A stretch of 64,000 nt of DNA, from NCBI GenBank assembly GCA_030295235.1, contig AP026130.1, positions 1,240,001 through 1,304,000 of the forward strand, given 5' to 3'. The notes below the pieces were generated by a model, which saw only the letters and a list, made by a program, of their open reading frames with translations, ran no database searches and was not told the origin of the DNA. Both the position numbers and the translations under genes were made by a program. Of this stretch, positions 59,995 through 64,000 are shown piece by piece (position 1 is the first letter of the stretch; every line of letters starts with the position of its first letter). Source of the stretch: Fistulifera solaris. Lineage: Eukaryota.

Positions 59995-61149
59995 TTAATT
60001 GCTATTGCAGTTTCTCTTCTGAAATGAAGCCGTGTCCAAAGTCTGACATTGCCGCGAATGTTCTGGCGAAGAAAGAATCATGTCAAGCATATCTTTGGAG
60101 ATAGGAACTTCGATGGCATCACCCAAGCCATCGCTTTTCCTACGGTTAGAGCGGCTTTCTCCGCGCTCTACAATGTCGTTGCCAAGATCATTTGGAAAGG
60201 CATCTTGTTCAAGACTTTCATTATCGAGAATGGGTTCGTCAGGACGGGCAATGCGCTCCATTCCTGGAAAATAATTTCGCGTCTTGAACAAGACAATGAT
60301 TGCCGCCACAAAGAAGCAAATCAGTGAAGCTACGGAAAATCCGTACGTTCTTCCGATCGCACAAGAGTATGTTTGACAAAATCCCGTCGTGACGATAAAC
60401 AAAGAAGTGATCTGCAAAGGACACAACACTGCCAGATTCGCAAAGCACCAAAGATACCGCAGCCGCTGCGTGTGCGATAGACAGCAGTACGTGCCGACCC
60501 AGACGCATAAAATGAACGCCAAGGTTTGCGCTCCACTTTGTACCCTTCGCAACGAGTACCAAGCTGGACCCAAAAAGTCCATGTAACTGTTAATCCAGAT
60601 AAACCCAGCGTCTCCAGTTTGTGTTGCATTAACATCCTCCTCCAAGACGCAAGACCTTCCGTCAACCAGATCTTGAAAGAAGAAGAATCCCAGGCCCGCT
60701 TTGGTTCGATTTGACGGTAAAGGCGGAGGTACTTTGTAAAGGGACGCCAAGAAAGGATCCACGTCGGTCGCATTGACGAATACCAGCTGACAATCCAAGA
60801 GTGTCGCCCAAGAAAGTCCCATACCGACAAGCATGAGAAATTGCGCCACAAACAGCAACGCCATTGCCGAATACTGATTCTTCTTTAAATTCGGATAAGG
60901 ACGCGACATGCTGCACGCACATGCATCGTAATAGTTTCCCGTTCCGAACGAAAATAGACGACAGAGACAACATAGCCAGGATTGATTGTATTTGGGTAAG
61001 ATGTTGCTACTGCGCAGAGAATCATCATCTTCTTTGTGTTGATTATCAGAATTTGTAGCAGGACGTCTTGTTATTCGTTCATCTGTTTGAACATGGCGTA
61101 GTTGAGGAGATGACGAGGATGTTGGTGAAGAGCGGAGAAGTCTCAACAT
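59995..61149 (-). CDS. Four-TM (claudin-like topology) membrane protein
   Basis: 384-aa ORF with four hydrophobic segments and a Cys-containing large first loop (GLGFF...C). Confidence 0.75.
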   Translation of the reverse strand: MLRLLRSSPTSSSSPQLRHVQTDERITRRPATNSDNQHKEDDDSLRSSNILPKYNQSWLCCLCRLFSFGTGNYYDACACSMSRPYPNLKKNQYSAMALLFVAQFLMLVGMGLSWATLLDCQLVFVNATDVDPFLASLYKVPPPLPSNRTKAGLGFFFFQDLVDGRSCVLEEDVNATQTGDAGFIWINSYMDFLGPAWYSLRRVQSGAQTLAFILCVWVGTYCCLSHTQRLRYLWCFANLAVLCPLQITSLFIVTTGFCQTYSCAIGRTYGFSVASLICFFVAAIIVLFKTRNYFPGMERIARPDEPILDNESLEQDAFPNDLGNDIVERGESRSNRRKSDGLGDAIEVPISKDMLDMILSSPEHSRQCQTLDTASFQKRNCNSN

Positions 61150-61448
61150 TTTGTTGTGCGAGGAATCTTTTGCGCTGGAAATTCGGGTAACAACCCATGC
61201 AAATCACTCAAATGCTCGCTTTCTCATCCATGACTTAATGGGGTGAAGAAGTTCAATGCAACAAGCAAGATTTATTGTTTTATAAAAAAAAGGACAATAA
61301 TAATGATTGTGTTGATCGCTTTTACATGACTGTATTTCAGTCATGAATCGATTTTGGGATATAATGACTCCCTCCTCCCTCCCTACCATCTACCATCCGT
61401 TCGGCATGCTTTATAGCGAAGAGCGTCTGCATTACGATGCACTTATAC

Positions 61449-61722
61449 TATAGTTCGACACCCTCTCAAATAACAAATAACGAATATCGATATTCGCGTT
61501 ATAATAGCGTATTATATCAGGGCCATTTTTGCCAATATCGATATTTATCGATATTCGTACGTCTGACAGACGGATATGAGGCTTTTCACGTCAGAATATG
61601 TCAGAATGGCTGTAATTTACGGACAAAAACAGACGGTTTCGAGTATTAATAACGGTTATTATATCGTATTATACGATATTGATATTCGTAAAAATCCAAA
61701 TATCGATATTTGTCGAACTATA
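61449..61722. mobile_element. Non-autonomous hAT-type MITE (274 bp)
   Basis: Perfect 12-bp TIR TATAGTTCGACA / TGTCGAACTATA; 8-bp TSD ACTTATAC at 61441-61448 and 61723-61730; subterminal ATATCG/CGATAT motifs. Confidence 0.93.
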
Positions 61723-62043
61723 ACTTATACCATTCGCAGTATTTGCAATTCTCGCCTCGGATTCTCTACAACATAGAAAAGCGATTGCAAATCATAAGTA
61801 CTATCGCTCAAAGTGTAGCTTCAATCAACGTTGACGTGACTGCATTTTCAGTCATGAACACCTTTTATATGCGGAACGCGCCGACTTTTGACCATGAGAT
61901 AATAAAACCATGAACGCGCAGCGCAAGTTCCGCAATGATCTATTAATGAAATGGACCGAATCAATCTCATACTTGTGCTTCCTATTACAATTGGTGAGTC
62001 CGCAAACTCGGTGTAGCCTTGAAAGATTGGAATTATTTCTCAT

Positions 62044-62952
62044 GTGTCTTCGACGTTTCTTTTATTTGTTCTCTTCGCAGCGGTCAGCGTATCGATAATA
62101 TGGAGCAACTCGGCTCATTTCTTCCGAGATTCTTTAGTGTCTTCTCAACAAGACAATCACGCATCGCCGTCATCAGGATCTTCTTCAGCAGTTATTGGTA
62201 ATAGTAAACAGCGAAGTTGTACGCAAAAGGTGGGCAACGGCAGCTGCATCGACACCGAAAAAAATCGGTATAATTACTGTTTCAGCCAAGCGAACAGGCA
62301 TTCCTTGGAAGCATGTCAATCCATTGCCGCGATTAACAAGGATATTTCCGGGATACAATATGTCAGAAACGAGCATGATGCATATTGTCTTTTGCTCCTC
62401 GACGAGTCCACTTTGTCCGGCAAGCCTGGTACCCCTGGTATCGATGCCTCTTGCCCCGATCAGTTTACCTTTCATCGAGAGTCCGAGTCGAGTGGGGGCC
62501 ACGGGTCCGTTGCAGGCATTGATAGTGTCGGCGAATGTTATAGCTGCACTGATGGTTATTGCACGGATCGGGTCGGGCCCGGCGAATGCGTAGATGTCAA
62601 TCACAACCGTTTCAATTACTGCTTCGCTACCGCGTATGCGCTGCAACAATGTCAGCAGATTGCTTCAAAGAACAAACAACAATTTATTGGTATTGAGTAT
62701 GGATCGTTTCAAGGTACATCGTATTGTTTCCTTCTCATGGGTGCGCTCACCACAGAGGGAGTCGATGTCGGTCGTTTGTGTCCGCCCGACTTCATGACCG
62801 ATGAATCGTCTGGTTCCAATCGAGGGACGGGTTTGATTCACGATGCAGTCGCTATGAAAGGCTATGAATGCTACGCCTGTTGGGTCGATAGTGGCGCCGT
62901 TGTGAGAGATACGACAGCAGTCAACAATAATCAAGACGTTCTGAGTGAGTGA
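62044..62952 (+). CDS. Membrane-anchored or secreted protein with two tandem Cys-rich domains
   Basis: Hydrophobic N-terminus; two copies of CT..VG.G.C.D...NR(Y/F)NYCF...CQ.IA...GI.Y...YC.LL...CP..F...G.G...ECY.C; true start unresolved. Confidence 0.75.
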   Translation: MSSTFLLFVLFAAVSVSIIWSNSAHFFRDSLVSSQQDNHASPSSGSSSAVIGNSKQRSCTQKVGNGSCIDTEKNRYNYCFSQANRHSLEACQSIAAINKDISGIQYVRNEHDAYCLLLLDESTLSGKPGTPGIDASCPDQFTFHRESESSGGHGSVAGIDSVGECYSCTDGYCTDRVGPGECVDVNHNRFNYCFATAYALQQCQQIASKNKQQFIGIEYGSFQGTSYCFLLMGALTTEGVDVGRLCPPDFMTDESSGSNRGTGLIHDAVAMKGYECYACWVDSGAVVRDTTAVNNNQDVLSE

Positions 62953-63445
62953 AGTATACGTTGATCGCTGACAGTATTCTTGAAATAGTCTTCGATAGAA
63001 ATGCAATGACTCAACGCTACGCTTACTGTTCTTTGAATGAAGGTAGTCGCCTGTGAGAAAACGACTAACGTGATATTTACTCCAAGCCGGTATATCCTCA
63101 CATCCATTAGCGCCCTTTTGCCAGAACGCGAAAGTTTCCATTGAACTAAGCAACAAAGCCCTAAAATCGTGCTTCTCTTACTGTAGTCATCCTTTTAAAA
63201 TAGCAATGAAGTAGTCAAGATGTGTCATATGAGCGGCATTTAATTTTCAAAATATTAGCTTTCTTGCGAAAAGGACAAACAAGTTTCCCGCACGTAGGTC
63301 TAGATAAGCTTCACCGCATTCGTTAGCTAAAAATTTGTGTCAAGTTCACATCACAACTATTTATAATGATTTTTTAAGCGTTGCACCTTCTTTCGCCTTT
63401 CACGTCAAATAAGCGCAGCCTATTACACATACAGCGAACTGTGCT

Positions 63446-64000
63446 TTAGAGCAGTCCGTAACCGACAAACATGACGGCACCCGTCCATAACGTCGTGGTG
63501 GACACGGTAAAGCTAGCAGAGGATCCTCCGCCAGCGCCTGTGTCGGTGCCCGTGCCTCCGTTGTCACTTCCGTCGTCAACGGCTCCGCCGTCGCTGCCAC
63601 CATCTACCGCTCCACTGTCGTTGCCATCATCCACCGTGCCTTCATTGTCGTTTCCATCATCAACCGCACCACCATTGTCATCGCAAACGAAAGAACAAGT
63701 TCCATCCTCGGTCGTCTGCGATGCAACACAACTCAAAGTACGCATTCGCTTCGGCTTGACAAGCATTACAGCATTGCTGGATCGCGCAAAAGATCTCATT
63801 GAACCAATTGCACAAAAAGTTTGGATCCTCCAGCATGTTCAAGATTTGCTCCTCCGTCCATTCCGGATTTTGATCGACACCTTGGCACTCCGATTCGCAG
63901 ATATTCTGCTTGCTGAGGGCACACGCCTCGTACGCAGCGAGTTCATTGGGGCAAGAATCATCGTTCACAGTGCCATCGCCCCGGACGACCGTATTGACGG
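63446..64000 (-). CDS. Cys-rich, probably GPI-anchored protein related to 48390-50831 (5' end outside window)
   Basis: CPNELAAYEAC...C...C...C...C...CC..CQAEANAYFEC domain, 1-nt indel near 63730, Asp/Gly (VDDG) repeats, hydrophobic tail. Confidence 0.72.

Noticed and set aside
1..64000. tRNA, rRNA, snRNA genes and autonomous transposon ORFs
   Set aside because: No recognisable signatures by eye; a covariance-model search was not possible, so small RNAs could be missed

Overview
Gene-dense eukaryotic nuclear DNA with short GT-AG introns (about 60-100 nt) and bipartite plastid-targeting leaders. It is almost certainly a pennate diatom; a Fistulifera-like origin is my inference, not confirmed. 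About 35 protein-coding loci are present, including an FMN alpha-hydroxy-acid dehydrogenase (partial), two ankyrin paralogs, RPLP1, RPLP0, GDPD, a tubby-like and a cyclophilin-like protein, TypA/BipA, a CABLES-like cyclin, PHF5A, eIF2-gamma, an omega-like GST, an LPMO with CBM1-like modules, a HAD 5'-nucleotidase, AdoMetDC, a globin, Nup50-like and LRR proteins, and Cys-rich surface proteins. Many genes are split by single-base indels in homopolymers, most likely consensus errors. Top observations: (1) the AdoMetDC 5' leader hides an intron-split 26-codon uORF ending Pro-Ser-stop plus an out-of-frame overlapping ORF, a candidate polyamine-sensing translational switch; (2) a head-to-head pair of paralogous Tyr/Asp-rich type-I membrane proteins, one with EF hands; (3) two intact hAT-type MITEs with perfect 8-bp TSDs; (4) a palindrome-rich satellite family present as 52-bp and 219-bp units; (5) a dispersed ~60-bp box-plus-hairpin intergenic element; (6) pervasive period-7 micro-duplications; (7) a CX9C-based Cys-rich surface-protein family; (8) non-canonical identical C-termini on P0 and P1. 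No rRNA, tRNA or CRISPR was found.
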